This document shows, piece by piece, positions 29,585-40,945 of a DNA stretch of 64,000 nt; positions within the stretch are counted from its first letter, which is position 1; each line of letters begins with the position of its first letter. The DNA is taken from positions 64,001 to 128,000 of the forward strand of contig CAVYSE010000011.1 in the NCBI GenBank assembly GCA_963771075.1, read 5' to 3'. Below the pieces are notes generated by a model. The model was not told where the DNA came from and made no database searches. It saw only the letters and a program-made list of their open reading frames with translations. The translations under genes were made by a program, and so were the position numbers. Source of the DNA: a candidate division FCPU426 bacterium. GTDB lineage: Bacteria > Oederibacteriota > Muellerivitia > Muellerivitales > Muellerivitaceae.

Positions 29585-31689
29585 ATGAAAAGTTTTTTCG
29601 AAGCGCCAGTATCCGTGAAATTGAATGCTACCGGTGGAAAAGATCAAGCCACAGGTGCCTTGCCAATTTTCCTCCTATTGGGCTTGATGACCCTGACGAA
29701 TTTCATTATTTCTTATACCTCATTCACGACTGACACTAAATTAATATTATTTTTAATGGGTGTCCTCATTCCAACATGGGGATTGACGAGGAAAGATTGT
29801 GATGATTTAGAAAAAGGAACCCCTTTTTATCAAAAGGAATTTTTACCACCCATCCCTTATTGGGGATGGGCGCTTCTGCTGATTGGGGCATTCGTCATAC
29901 GGTTTTGGAAGCTCAGTAGTCTATTCCTTTGGCCCTACGGAGATGAGGCCCTGACTGCCTTGGCGGGAATTGATTTATGCCGAAGATGGGATTGGCACTA
30001 TTTTTATGCAGCTGGACAAGATCCCCCTACACTATTTTGGATTAGCGGTCTACTCAACCGTTTTTCCCATGGACCATTTTTCAACATGTGGTTTCCACCC
30101 GCCTTGATTTCTTGTCTTTCGATTCTGGCTGGTACTTTTGCTGTCCGCCAATATTTTTCCAGGTCCTTTTCCTTTTTATGTGTCGGACTTTTGGCTTTTT
30201 CCTATTGGCCTCTTTATCTAAGTCGTGTGAATTTTGCGGGTGTTTTTGTGCTTTTTTGGTGGCCATTGACTCTTTTTTCTTGGGTCAATACCTTCACGCG
30301 AAACCTTCTCGGAAAGAAATTTGGGGCCTCTTATTAGGGATAGTCAATGGTTTGAATACATTCACTTTCAAATCCTGGCCCGTTTTTGTTTTCTCAGTTT
30401 GTGTCGCCATTTTGTGGGAAGCATGGGGTGTTGGCAAAAAGGGAATACCTAGAGTCGTGTTTTTCGGAATCGGCTTATTTATCGGGCTTTTTCCTTTTCT
30501 ATGGGCTGCCTCCCATTCGGATTTTACGCGGCATATCTCCGATGTGGCCATGTGGAGCAGACCCCTGGATTTGGAAAAACAAGTCAGGGTGGTATTGAAC
30601 TATTTAAGCGTGTTGGGTTGGGAAGTTGATCCAAATGACAATTTTAACGCTCCTTTGCGGGGAGGTTTCTTAAACCCTTTATTGGCAACTTTCTTTATTG
30701 TTGGACTAGTCAGCTTATTTCGACTTTTTTCCCGAGAGATTGTCATGTGGATCATTAGTTTTGGAATTGTTTTTTTGCTTCCCGGTTTTATGTCAATCAA
30801 CATGAACAGTCTTCGAATTATCCAAATATTGCCCCTGCTGTTGGTCGTGACGGCCTATGGTAGTGGAGTCCTGTTGCAACCCCTAGCGGGGCGGGCCCGG
30901 GTCCTTCTCATGACCCTTTTGTTCCTTTTTTCAACGGTTTTTGACATGGCCCGACTGTCCCAACCCTATCGAGAAGTGGATAGCCATCCGGAGTTGTTCC
31001 AGGCGACTGGAAAGTCCTTGGCCCGATACCGCGCCTATCAGACCATTCAAGAGCAAGCAAAAAGACTGGGGCCGGGATGGGTTTTAGGGGAGTGGGATGT
31101 TCCGTCGGATCGCACCCTGGAAGTGATGACCTATAACTTTAACGCGTTGAAGGGAAATACCGTCTCGGCGCCCGCATGGCTTGCGATCCTGACCGATGCC
31201 CATTACCTTCCATTCTTGAAAGCCCGTTTCCCGGAAGGGGAATGGCGGATGCTGGATGCGGATGTCCATCCCGAGTCGCCCCGTCTGCTAGGACTGTTCC
31301 ACATCACCCGCTCAAACCGGGACGCACTTACCCGCTGGGCCCAGGCGGATTCCAGTTTCAACCTCATCAATTGGGACTTGGACCATTTGCACGACCGGGG
31401 AGTCTTGGAGAGATTCGATCAAGACGTTCAAAAGGGTTCTGAGGCAATTCAGGGGGATCCTTTTATCGCGTCCATGTATTGGGAAAAGGTGGGGTCTACT
31501 TACTATTATTTCGGGAACCACTACCCCCAACACTTGGAGGCGATGGAAAGGGCGGTGAAGGAAGGTTATCCGGCATCGCATCTTTATGGAGAGCTAGCGA
31601 CCCTCTATTGGGTGGGAGGGAACCAGAAGGCCGCCGAAGAGGTCGCGATGAAAGCCAAGGCTTCGGACGCCAAGTATCCCTGGCATTAA
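29585..31689 (+). CDS. GT39/ArnT-like membrane glycosyltransferase with C-terminal TPR-like region (frameshift at T6, 30273-30278)
   Basis: IRFWKL...GDE, GQDPP, SYWPLYLSR, GGFLNP; ORFs 29585-30337 and 30088-31689 join if one T is added. Confidence 0.7.
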
Positions 31690-31766
31690 TCCCATCAAGT
31701 TTTAGAATTTTAACAAAACTAAGGCTTTACCACCCGTGATGAGTAATAAAACTTTTCGATTCACGC

Positions 31767-31868
31767 TTCCCCCTCTGAAAGAGGGGGAAGGAGGGGGAGT
31801 TAGCTTTTTGTACGACATTTGCAAAGACTAATACCCCCTTTGTCCCCCTTTTTCAAAGGGGGAACTAG
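31767..31868. repeat. About 100-bp REP/MITE-like element, copy 1
   Basis: Terminal hairpins TTCCCCCTCTGAAAGAGGGGGAA and TCCCCCTTTTTCAAAGGGGGA; inverted copy at 62931-63032. Confidence 0.85.
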
Positions 31869-31927
31869 CCGTTCAATCAGTCATTCTTTGTGTCTTTGAG
31901 TCTTAGTGTTGGATTTTTTTGTTGTTT

Positions 31928-33676
31928 TTAAATCTGAATAATCTTGTTCTTGTGGTCCAGGAAATCCTTGAGCACGTACTGAGTGAGCTTGTCGGGCGCG
32001 GGGAAGATGAGCCGGCCCTGGTTGGCCTTGTGCATCTGCTCCAAAAAGTCCCCCTCGCCGAAATATCCCCCGTCCACTTCGTTGCCCATCATGAAAGTGT
32101 TGATGGTGATCTTGTCATCCGTTACCCGCCGAACTTCCCGCATGGTAGCCTCGTAGGTGCGGTCGTTGGGGGGATAGGTCAGGTAGAGGCAGGAACCCTC
32201 ATAAAAGGCTGTGGGGGCGCCATCGGTGATCAACAGGATACTCTTGTTGCGGGTGTCCGAGTTGGCCAACTTCACCCGGGCCAGCTCCAGCCCCTTCTGT
32301 AAGTTCGTGAAGTGCTCGGGGATCATGGCCTTCTGGCGCTCGGCACCTTCCCGGGCGAAATCCACCCTCAGGTTAACCGCCCCCCCGAACATGGTCACGG
32401 GCTTGGGGGCCAGCTCGGGGATGGCGCCCACCGACACCGGCCGGGCAAAGGTGGAAAAGGCCACGAAGGATAGCTTGTCCTCGGGGTATTCGGTTCGGAT
32501 CAGCGCGTCCAGGGCCAGGGCCAGCTTCTTGGCGTTGAAGAACCGCCCAAAACGGGACATCGACCCGCTCTGGTCGATCAGCATCACGATAGCGGTGGAG
32601 GCCGCCCCCTTGGTCTCGTGCACCATGAAGTCCCGGCTGTCAATCTTGATCCTTCCGGCTTCCGGGGCTTGCGGCGAGCCAGCCTGGCGGATAGCGGAAT
32701 TCAACAGGCTGGAAGGCAGGTCAAGCGAAGTCAGCGAATCCCCGAACTCGAAGGGCTTGGTGGTGGTCATTTCCACGTTGCCGTCGCCGGTGTAGGTGGC
32801 GTGGTGGCGGCCCACCCCGTCGGTGAAAAGGCGGGAATAAACCTCCTTGAGGGCCTTTTCCCCGATCTTGCGGGCCGCGCCGGGGGTGATCTTGTAGATG
32901 TCCTCTTCCTCGTTGTAATCCACCTCGCCCGTCGCCTTCATCGCCTCGGTGAACTGCTGTTTCAATTCTTCCCGCTTGGCCTCGAAGGCCTGAGCGGCCT
33001 CCTTGCCCAGTATCTGCTCCAGGCTCTCAGCCTCCAGGTTGAAGAGGTCGCCGTATTCCAGGGCGTCCTTCAGCTTGTCCTCCAGTTCCTGCAGTTGGAG
33101 AAGCTTTTCCCGGAACCGGTCGGCTTCCTGCGGGGTGGGGGTTTGGGGGCCGGTAAAGTCGAACTGGTCGTAAAGTTCCTTCAGGGCGCGCATGCGCTGG
33201 ATCTTGCGCACCAGATCATCCAGCTGGCGGCGGGCCTCCCAGGCTTCGCTTTCCCCGGAGCGGGAAACCTGCCAGTCCATGTTGAAAAGAGAGGAAGGGT
33301 CCCGGTTTTCCATGGCTTCTTTCAGGCGCTTGCGCAGGTCGGCGTCGTTCCACTTGGAGGACATCTGGTCGAGGGAGGTCTTGGCCCGGCGGATCTCCTC
33401 CTCCAGCCGCTTCAGGAGCTCGTCCAGGCGGTATTGGCCGAGAATGGCGGACTTTTGCTTCTGGATCTCGTCCATGAACCCCTGGATGAGCTGTTCCAGC
33501 CCGCTGACCTTGAGGAACTGGTTGTAGGGGATGCCGCGCTCCTGAAGGTGGCGTAGGGCCTCGTCGAAGGTGACGTGGTACTGCATCATGAGTTCCTTCA
33601 CCGCATCCACCAGGTCCTGCATGGTGAAGGGCGGCTCCTCGGGCTCACGCCATTCGGAATAATCGTGGGTAATCAT
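31928..33676 (-). CDS. vWA domain protein (Rv0959-like)
   Basis: MIDAS DQSGSM, FTNLQKGL, LITDGAPT; long helical N-terminus. Confidence 0.88.
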   Translation of the reverse strand: MITHDYSEWREPEEPPFTMQDLVDAVKELMMQYHVTFDEALRHLQERGIPYNQFLKVSGLEQLIQGFMDEIQKQKSAILGQYRLDELLKRLEEEIRRAKTSLDQMSSKWNDADLRKRLKEAMENRDPSSLFNMDWQVSRSGESEAWEARRQLDDLVRKIQRMRALKELYDQFDFTGPQTPTPQEADRFREKLLQLQELEDKLKDALEYGDLFNLEAESLEQILGKEAAQAFEAKREELKQQFTEAMKATGEVDYNEEEDIYKITPGAARKIGEKALKEVYSRLFTDGVGRHHATYTGDGNVEMTTTKPFEFGDSLTSLDLPSSLLNSAIRQAGSPQAPEAGRIKIDSRDFMVHETKGAASTAIVMLIDQSGSMSRFGRFFNAKKLALALDALIRTEYPEDKLSFVAFSTFARPVSVGAIPELAPKPVTMFGGAVNLRVDFAREGAERQKAMIPEHFTNLQKGLELARVKLANSDTRNKSILLITDGAPTAFYEGSCLYLTYPPNDRTYEATMREVRRVTDDKITINTFMMGNEVDGGYFGEGDFLEQMHKANQGRLIFPAPDKLTQYVLKDFLDHKNKIIQI

Positions 33677-33702
33677 GATGATCAGCCTTTAGCTCTTGGC
33701 GG

Positions 33703-35135
33703 TTAGGGATTAGCCTTTTTTTTAGATGTTACCGTGGGTTGGTAATCGAAGAATTCCCCCACCCTGGAGCGGGAAAGTTTTCCCGACAGGTGCAGGCCCT
33801 CCAGAACGAATTCCACACAGGAGGCCCGGTAAACCTCCGAATGTTTGCCCGTCAGGTGATCGACCGGCTCCCAGATCTGGGGCAGCTGGGAAATAACCTC
33901 TTTGTATTGGCCTGCGGGAGTCAGGTCCGACACGCGGATATGCTTTTCCCCGCTCAGGTCGGGCACTGCCCGCCTCCAGGTGGGCCATTTCCATGTGTTC
34001 CTTGAACACCTGGGCCACCGCCTTGTCCATGAGCTTGGCGAAGACCTGGAACTCGGTGACCGTTTCCTCCCTAAAGGGGTCCAGCTCGATCTTTCCCGAG
34101 GTGGAGGTGTAGAGGTAGGCCAGGTCCGCCATGCGGGGCACGGCTTCCTTTTCCCCCAACACATAGGCCCGGCGCCTGGCGTTGGCCACCATGGTCTCGA
34201 AATTGGCGATGGAAAGGCGGGCCGAGACCCCCGACTTCTGGTTCACGTAGGGGCTCTTTCGGGCTTCCAGGGTGATCTGCTCGATGATCTCGGTCATGAA
34301 ATCGGGAACCACCAGCTTCACCTCATCGTCCTGGGGCAGGTGGGCCTCCTGTTCCATGATCTTGATGCCCATTTTGCGGGTGAGGGGATAGTGGGTCCTG
34401 ATCTCGGCGCCGATGCGGTCCTTCAACTGGGTGATGATCTTGCCGGCCCGGGTGTATTCCTCCGGGTTGGCGGTGAACATCAACAGCAGGTCCAGGTCGA
34501 AGCGGATGGGATAACCCCTCACCTGGATGTCCCGCTCCTCCAATATGTTGAACAGCGCCACCTGCACCAGGTATTCCAGGTCGGGCAGTTCGTTCACCGC
34601 GAAGATGCCCCGGTTCATGCGGGGAATGAGCCCGAAATGGATGGCTTCCTCGCTCGCTAATGGATTACCCGCGGCCACCTTGGCCGGGTCCAGGTCGCCG
34701 ATCAGGTCGGCGATCTTGGTGCCGGGGGACAAGCGCTCGCCGTAGCGGGCCTCCCGCCCGATCCACTCGATTTCCAGGGCATTCCCCTTTTCGGCTAGCT
34801 TCTTGCGGCAGGCCGCGCAGATGGGATGGTAGGGATGGTCATGGATCTCACAGCCCTTGACGATGGGGATTTCCTCATCCAAAAACTGCGTCAGGGATCG
34901 CATGAGCCGGCTCTTGGCCTGGCCCTTCTCGCCCAAAAACACCATGTCGTGGTGCGAAAGGATCGCGTTGATGACCTGGGGGATAACCGTCTCCTCGTAA
35001 CCGTGGATATCCGAAAAGAGGGGCTTGCCCGTCTTCAGGTGCTTTGAGCAGGTTGTGCTCCAGCTCCTCCTTGACGGGTTTATCCGGGTAACGGGATGCC
35101 TTGAGTTCTCCCAGCATGGCGGCGAGGACGGCCAT
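33703..35135 (-). CDS. Mg-chelatase-like AAA+ ATPase (Rv0958-like), frameshifts near 35040 and 33960
   Basis: GYEETVIPQ, LGEKGQAKSRL, AVNELPDL, TANPEEYT, LKDRIGAEIRTHYP. Confidence 0.88.
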
Positions 35136-35211
35136 AGAATTCCTTTCTAAATTAACGGTTGAGTAAAAAATATAACGGTGCGGGAAAGGGGGAAGCAAGG
35201 GGCAATCGGGT

Positions 35212-37080
35212 TTACTTCGCGGCGGCTTGGTAAATGTTCCAAATACCCGCAAGGGTGGGGTGATTATTCGAGGGGCAATCAGTGACGTGCCGCAAACGCA
35301 GGGCGGTAAGTGGGGTGAAGGGCCCTTTTTGGGAAAGCGGAGAAGCCAAGAGCCAAATAATCCCGGATTGGTAGGCGGAGGATTTTGGGTGAAGGCTCAA
35401 ATACTGCTGGTGAAACGCGCCGTTGAAAAAAGAGTATCCCAAGGGGAAGCGATTGAGGTTGAAGCCTACAATTTGGGAGTTTGCGGCCTGGATGCGGGTG
35501 AAGTGATCGGGGTAGTCATAAGGATGCAAATCCAGCCCCAACTCCGGGTGAAGGCGTTCGACTTGTTCCACGCCCCAGGTCTCGAAAAGGGTGAAATCGG
35601 GAATCATGGTGATGTCCAACCGGCGTTGTTCGACCAATTGAAGGTAATAAAGGGTGAAATAGTCCTCGTCCGCTTCGGCGAAAAAAACCGAATTCCTTGG
35701 AAGGGATTTCATCAAATTGACCGCATAATCGTACCGTAGAACCTGCTTGGAAAGGTTGAGCCAGGTGGAATTGCCAAGGTAAGGGGGCAGGCCCAGAATC
35801 AGCAAGGCGCCGATGGATCCCAGCCAGGCCCAGGGAAATCGGGGAAGGAAGTATCGTTCGAAACCGGCCCCTAGGGAGAATAACCCGACTCCCGCTAAAA
35901 GCGCGAAACCCCAATTGAGGGGCAACAGAAAGTTGTCCGTGTACCAGCCGGCCAACCGGCCTGGAGGAATCCAGGAAGCGGAACAAAGAGCCAAGATTAA
36001 GAGAAGCTGGGGAAAAAGCAGGGCCCCAAGGATATTCCTTTCCTTGGCGGCGACCCAACGGATAAAGCCCAATAGACTCAATAGAAGTGTGAGAAGCCCG
36101 ATTTCATTTTCGAAGTGATGGAGGATGGCGCGGCCTTGGATGTCCAGGATTCTTTGAAGTAATTGACTAAACTGCGTCCAGGGAATCGAATGGTTCAAGG
36201 CTTCCCAGAAGGTGGGGATCAAGCCAATGTCATGGCCGCTCGTGTATGCGCGAAAAAAATCCGCTTTGAAGAGAAGAAAGCGGTCAGCCGCACCAAGGTT
36301 CAAGGCCGGATACAGATTGGCTCTCAACGGCAGGTAAAGAATAGTTGAGACCCCTATCCCCATAAAAGCCGCACTCAATAATATATTCTTCAAGTCCGGG
36401 GGTTTTCTGAAAAAATCCGGTTTGGCCCCAAAGGCCAAGAGGATTGGGAAGAAGAGAATATGGGTTTCCCAATGTCCGCAAAACCCAAGCCCATATAGAA
36501 AACTGGCCAACAGAAACCATGGGTAAGTATTGGTATTTGTGTTCTTTTGGTTTGTTTGCGAGAGGCGCATCCAAAGGCATGCCAGCATGAGAAGCCCCAA
36601 GGTAGAAGTTCCTTGATAAAGAAAACCCTTGGACCCCAGGGATTTTTCCCAAAAAGTGCGGGAAAAGGCCGTCATTAGGGAGGCGCAAAGGGCGCAAACC
36701 CATGGGGGAAAAAGGGCGGGTTTTCCAACGGTGCCGGGGAAAAGACGCTTTAAAAATCCAAAGGTTAAAAGCGCCACCAGTACGGCGTTAAAGGCTCCCA
36801 GTCCTGCCGACGCTAGATTCATGCGAAACCCCACATTCCCAATGGGAAAAAGGGAGAAAAGGTGCAGACTAAGGGCTGATAGAACATAACCCGGTGGATG
36901 TTGAAGTCCTAAGCTGAAGGCGGCGGCAATGGTTTCGGGGGAATCATCGTCCATGAAGATCGGGTTCAAATGGGTCAAATAAACGACAAAGATAAACAAA
37001 TATAGAGCGGCGCCTGAGAGGAATAAAAAAAAAGGTTTTGGAAAAGATGAGCGATGGATTGAAGAGTTGGAAAAATCCAA
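35212..37080 (-). CDS. DUF2723 (TMEM260-like) putative protein O-mannosyltransferase
   Basis: DDSPE....LGLQHPPGY, YLPLRA, D..FTLYYLQ.VE.RR.D; start inferred at TTG 37080 after GAAGGA. Confidence 0.82.
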   Translation of the reverse strand: MDFSNSSIHRSSFPKPFFLFLSGAALYLFIFVVYLTHLNPIFMDDDSPETIAAAFSLGLQHPPGYVLSALSLHLFSLFPIGNVGFRMNLASAGLGAFNAVLVALLTFGFLKRLFPGTVGKPALFPPWVCALCASLMTAFSRTFWEKSLGSKGFLYQGTSTLGLLMLACLWMRLSQTNQKNTNTNTYPWFLLASFLYGLGFCGHWETHILFFPILLAFGAKPDFFRKPPDLKNILLSAAFMGIGVSTILYLPLRANLYPALNLGAADRFLLFKADFFRAYTSGHDIGLIPTFWEALNHSIPWTQFSQLLQRILDIQGRAILHHFENEIGLLTLLLSLLGFIRWVAAKERNILGALLFPQLLLILALCSASWIPPGRLAGWYTDNFLLPLNWGFALLAGVGLFSLGAGFERYFLPRFPWAWLGSIGALLILGLPPYLGNSTWLNLSKQVLRYDYAVNLMKSLPRNSVFFAEADEDYFTLYYLQLVEQRRLDITMIPDFTLFETWGVEQVERLHPELGLDLHPYDYPDHFTRIQAANSQIVGFNLNRFPLGYSFFNGAFHQQYLSLHPKSSAYQSGIIWLLASPLSQKGPFTPLTALRLRHVTDCPSNNHPTLAGIWNIYQAAAK

Positions 37081-37171
37081 GAATTGTTCCTTCAGGACAT
37101 ATGCGTTGAAATGTGTTTTATTATACCTTTTCGCTGAAACGAAGGTTGGCTGGGGCTGATAAACTATCCCC

Positions 37172-39211
37172 ATGACAGACGCCGCATCCCTTCCCTCGTC
37201 CCGGCTCCGGGATCTTCCCTGGGTTTTCTATACCCTGCTTTCCCTGTTGGTGTTTTTCCCCTGCCTAATTCTTGGCAAGACCTATTTTCATGACGACCTT
37301 TTCACCTACACGGCCCCGGATTTTGAGTTTTTGGCTCATCAGTTAAGCCTGGGGCATTACCCCCTATGGAATCCTTATCTTTTCGGGGGGGTACCCTACG
37401 CCGCCAATCCCAATTCCCTGGCGGTTTATCCATTGGTATTCCCCTCGCTTCTTTTCCCGGCCGGGTATGGCACGTCCGTCTTCTTTTTTATGCATTGGAT
37501 CCTAGCCGCCTTGGGGATGCATTTTTTCCTTCTTCAGCGAAACCTTTCCCCGGCGGCTTGCCGGGCGGGGGCACTGACCTACGTTCTTTCGGGCTTTTTC
37601 TGGTGGGAAATGATCCATCTGCCCGTCTTGGCGACCTTGAGCTGGCTTCCCTGGTGGTTGGCCTTTTTGCACCGAATGGCCCGCAATGGAAAATCCGGGG
37701 ACGCATTCTTGGCCGGGCTGGTTTTTTCCCTGCTTTTCCTTTCATGCAATTACCAGATGAGCTGGATGGCACTGATGGGCGGGGTAGTCTATTTCACATT
37801 TAACTTCAGAATGGGAGGCGGGGAATGGAAAGGATGGCTGGGTAAGGCCGGTTTTTTTCTTTGGGGTTTAATCCCCGCAGTTCTTTGGCTGCTTCCATCT
37901 GGGGAATTTATTCTCCATTCCGGGCGTTTTCAGTCGGCTTTCGACTATTCGAAACTCGATACATCCCTTTCCCTGAACCCCCTCGATCTCTGGCAATTTC
38001 TTTTTCCGGTCAGCCCCTTGGGCGAAACAGCCCTCAAGATCACTGATTATGTGGACAATATGGGGTTTCTGGGCCTCTTAGCCCCCCTGTTCCTGTTTTT
38101 GGCGCTTCGAAGAAATACCCGAAGCTCGTGGCTTTGGGCCTTTGCGGCGTTGCTGGGAATAGGTATTGCCTTGGGACCGCTCCTGCCCCTGCACCGGTGG
38201 GTTTGTGAATTGATACCCGGATTTCGTTTTATGCGGGCTCCGGCCAGGGCAATGGTCTTTTATGGTTTTCCCGGTTGCGTCTTAACCGCGGTGGGATTCG
38301 ACCGATTTTTTGAAATAGCCAAGCCGGAAGCAAAGGTCCAAAAGATCATTTTCGGAATCCTGTTTCTTTCACTCTTCATTCCTGTTTGGATCTCGACCCC
38401 CTTAGGCGATTCCTCTATCTTGACAGCGCCCGGTCGGGCGCCCTTTCTTTCCGGGATTCATGAACCGGATGACTGGAGCCGGGTATTCATCGACGACAAT
38501 ATTCCCTATCCCGTCCATTGGAGCGGGAATCAATACTTATTCAAATATCCCATCAATCGGGCCATGACGGAGAGTTTGCGATCAGCGGATGGGTACGATT
38601 CCATTTGGCTTAAAAGCTATACTCAAGCCCTGACCTGGCCTGTTGCGACCTTTGAACGCCTGCTGGCGGTCCAGTGGACTGTTTCCGGCAGTGATAAAAA
38701 GGGCGTCCGTGTTGCGAAGTTCACGGAAACCCATCCCTTCGTTTGGGTGGCGGAGAGAGAAACGGTATTTACCGAACCCCAATCCCTCGAAGCTCGATTG
38801 GCCCAACCAGACTTTAACCCCTATTTGGAAACCCTGATGTTGAAGCCTCCCGCCGATAGCTATCGCGTCGATGGGAAGGAAAAGTTATCCCTGCAATGGA
38901 AAGGACAGGATATCAATACGGATGAGGAAAAATTCCAAGTTGCGCTTGCAAGACCAGCTTTGCTGGTCTTTTCAGAGATCTACTTCAAAGGATGGCAGGC
39001 CTATTTGGATGGTAGTCCGACAACCCTTTATGAGGCGGACGGATTGCTTCGCGCAGTGGCGGTTCCGGGGGGGACCCATGAAATCAGGTTCAGCTACAAG
39101 CCCGCTTGGTTCTTGCCCTGCGTGGTGGCGGCTTTCCTCTGGCTGTTTTCCCTGCCCTGGGCCTTCCGGGTTTTGGGCCGTGACATTAGGAAGAGCCCTC
39201 CGTTAAAATAA
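37172..39211 (+). CDS. YfhO-family GT-C membrane glycosyltransferase
   Basis: PLWNPYLFGGVPYAANP, R.PAR, LVFSEIYFKGWQA..DG, LRAVAVPGGTHEI.F.Y.P. Confidence 0.88.
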   Translation: MTDAASLPSSRLRDLPWVFYTLLSLLVFFPCLILGKTYFHDDLFTYTAPDFEFLAHQLSLGHYPLWNPYLFGGVPYAANPNSLAVYPLVFPSLLFPAGYGTSVFFFMHWILAALGMHFFLLQRNLSPAACRAGALTYVLSGFFWWEMIHLPVLATLSWLPWWLAFLHRMARNGKSGDAFLAGLVFSLLFLSCNYQMSWMALMGGVVYFTFNFRMGGGEWKGWLGKAGFFLWGLIPAVLWLLPSGEFILHSGRFQSAFDYSKLDTSLSLNPLDLWQFLFPVSPLGETALKITDYVDNMGFLGLLAPLFLFLALRRNTRSSWLWAFAALLGIGIALGPLLPLHRWVCELIPGFRFMRAPARAMVFYGFPGCVLTAVGFDRFFEIAKPEAKVQKIIFGILFLSLFIPVWISTPLGDSSILTAPGRAPFLSGIHEPDDWSRVFIDDNIPYPVHWSGNQYLFKYPINRAMTESLRSADGYDSIWLKSYTQALTWPVATFERLLAVQWTVSGSDKKGVRVAKFTETHPFVWVAERETVFTEPQSLEARLAQPDFNPYLETLMLKPPADSYRVDGKEKLSLQWKGQDINTDEEKFQVALARPALLVFSEIYFKGWQAYLDGSPTTLYEADGLLRAVAVPGGTHEIRFSYKPAWFLPCVVAAFLWLFSLPWAFRVLGRDIRKSPPLK

Positions 39212-39243
39212 ACCGCTTTTACTCCCCCCCTTTGATAAGGCCC

Positions 39244-40842
39244 ATGACCGAAAATACCGAGACCTCTTTTTTATCCGCCTCCCCAAAAGTGACCCTCGTC
39301 AACGCCTTCCACAAGCCCTTCGATAATGCGGTGGCCACGGCCCGGACCTGCTATTCGAGCAAGGGCATCATCACCACCGAGCAGGTCATGGGCGCGGGGC
39401 TGGAAGGTCCCGCCAAAGAAGACCGCCTCAAGAAACGCGACGATTTGGCCAAGTCTATCTACAAGGCCGGCCACCATACGACCCTTCAGCACGCCCATTT
39501 CCAGTTCGCCCTGGAAAACGTCTCCCGGCAGTTCATCTGGAGCTTCCTGCACAGCCATCCCTTTTACAACTCCGAACAGGTGTCCCAACGGTACGTCACC
39601 GTGGACCCCTCCCAGATGGCCGTGCCCCCCCTCAAGGGAGAGGCCGAAAAGCTTTACCGGGAGACGGTGTCCTTCCAGGCCAAGGCCTACCAGGACTTCA
39701 CGCAAAGGCTGAAGCCCCTGGTCGAGCGGGAATACTTCGTGCGATTCAAGAAGGTCGATCCCCACGGCAAAAAGGCCTCGGGGGCGGTGCAGAAGAAGTC
39801 CCAGGAAGTGGCCCGGTACGTATTGCCCGTGGCGGCGTTCGCCTATCTTTACCACACGGTCTCGGGGCTTACCCTTCTTCGTTATTGGCGGCTTTGCCAA
39901 ACCCTGGATACGCCCCTGGAACAAAGGTTGGTCATCGGGAAGATGGTTGAGGAAGTGCTGGCCATCGCGCCCGAATACAAGGCCGTTTTGGAACAACCCC
40001 TGGAACTCGAAAAGACCGCCGAATTTCGGATGGCGGGGGTTTTCCAAACCTCACCCCAAGCCCACAAGGCTTTCCGTGAGGAATTCGACTCCTCCCTGGG
40101 GGGATACACTTCCAAACTGGTGGATTACTCCAAGGAAGGCGAGAAGATGCTGGCTTCCTCCGTGCGGGAAGTTTTCGGCCTGCCCGCTTCCGCCCTTTCG
40201 GATGACGACGCCATCGCCTTGGCGCTCGACCCTAGCAAGAACAAGTACCTGGGAGAGACCCTGAACGTCACCACCCACAGCAAGCTTTCCCGGGTGCTTT
40301 TCCATCCCCATTACACATTCCGTAAGAAGATTTCCCATACTGGTGATTCCCAGGACCAGCGGCACCGCATGACCCCGGCCTCTCGCCCCACTCTCTACGC
40401 CCTAACCCTGGACGAGCCCGATTACCTGGTGCCGGTTCTGCTGGAACAGGACCCGGCCTTGAAGAAGGAATATGGGGAGATCATGAACCGGACCTGGGAA
40501 TCCATCGTCCTCTTGAGGAAGATGGGTGTGTCGGACGAGTTCGCGGCCTACCTCTTGCCCAACGCGGTGGCGGTGCGTTTCACCGAATCTTCCGACTTAT
40601 TGAACCTTCACCACAAGCACGCCATGAGGCTTTGCTATAACGCCCAGGAGGAAATCTGGAAGGCCTCGGTGGATGAGGCCAAGCAGGTGCGGGAAACCCA
40701 TCCCCGCATCGGTAAATGGCTCCTGCCCCCCTGCGGGCTTCGCAGCCGGGCGGGCACCATACCCGTCTGCCCCGAGGGCGAGCGTTTCTGTGGCGTGGTG
40801 GTTTGGAAGAAGGATTTGAATGAATACCAGAGGGTGATTTAG
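39244..40842 (+). CDS. thyX: FAD-dependent thymidylate synthase with tandem Thy1 domains
   Basis: Domain 1: ARTCYS, GHHTTLQH, VSR, SQRY, ARYVLP. Domain 2: QRHR, YLLPNA, RLC.NAQEEI. Confidence 0.85.
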   Translation: MTENTETSFLSASPKVTLVNAFHKPFDNAVATARTCYSSKGIITTEQVMGAGLEGPAKEDRLKKRDDLAKSIYKAGHHTTLQHAHFQFALENVSRQFIWSFLHSHPFYNSEQVSQRYVTVDPSQMAVPPLKGEAEKLYRETVSFQAKAYQDFTQRLKPLVEREYFVRFKKVDPHGKKASGAVQKKSQEVARYVLPVAAFAYLYHTVSGLTLLRYWRLCQTLDTPLEQRLVIGKMVEEVLAIAPEYKAVLEQPLELEKTAEFRMAGVFQTSPQAHKAFREEFDSSLGGYTSKLVDYSKEGEKMLASSVREVFGLPASALSDDDAIALALDPSKNKYLGETLNVTTHSKLSRVLFHPHYTFRKKISHTGDSQDQRHRMTPASRPTLYALTLDEPDYLVPVLLEQDPALKKEYGEIMNRTWESIVLLRKMGVSDEFAAYLLPNAVAVRFTESSDLLNLHHKHAMRLCYNAQEEIWKASVDEAKQVRETHPRIGKWLLPPCGLRSRAGTIPVCPEGERFCGVVVWKKDLNEYQRVI

Positions 40843-40945
40843 AACACTATAGTGTCAACGACGGGGCCCTGATTGAACCATTTTTTAAGTTAAAAAGCTA
40901 AAATAGCTTTATTAACAATTCACGACAAAGAGGCGTTTTCACAAA

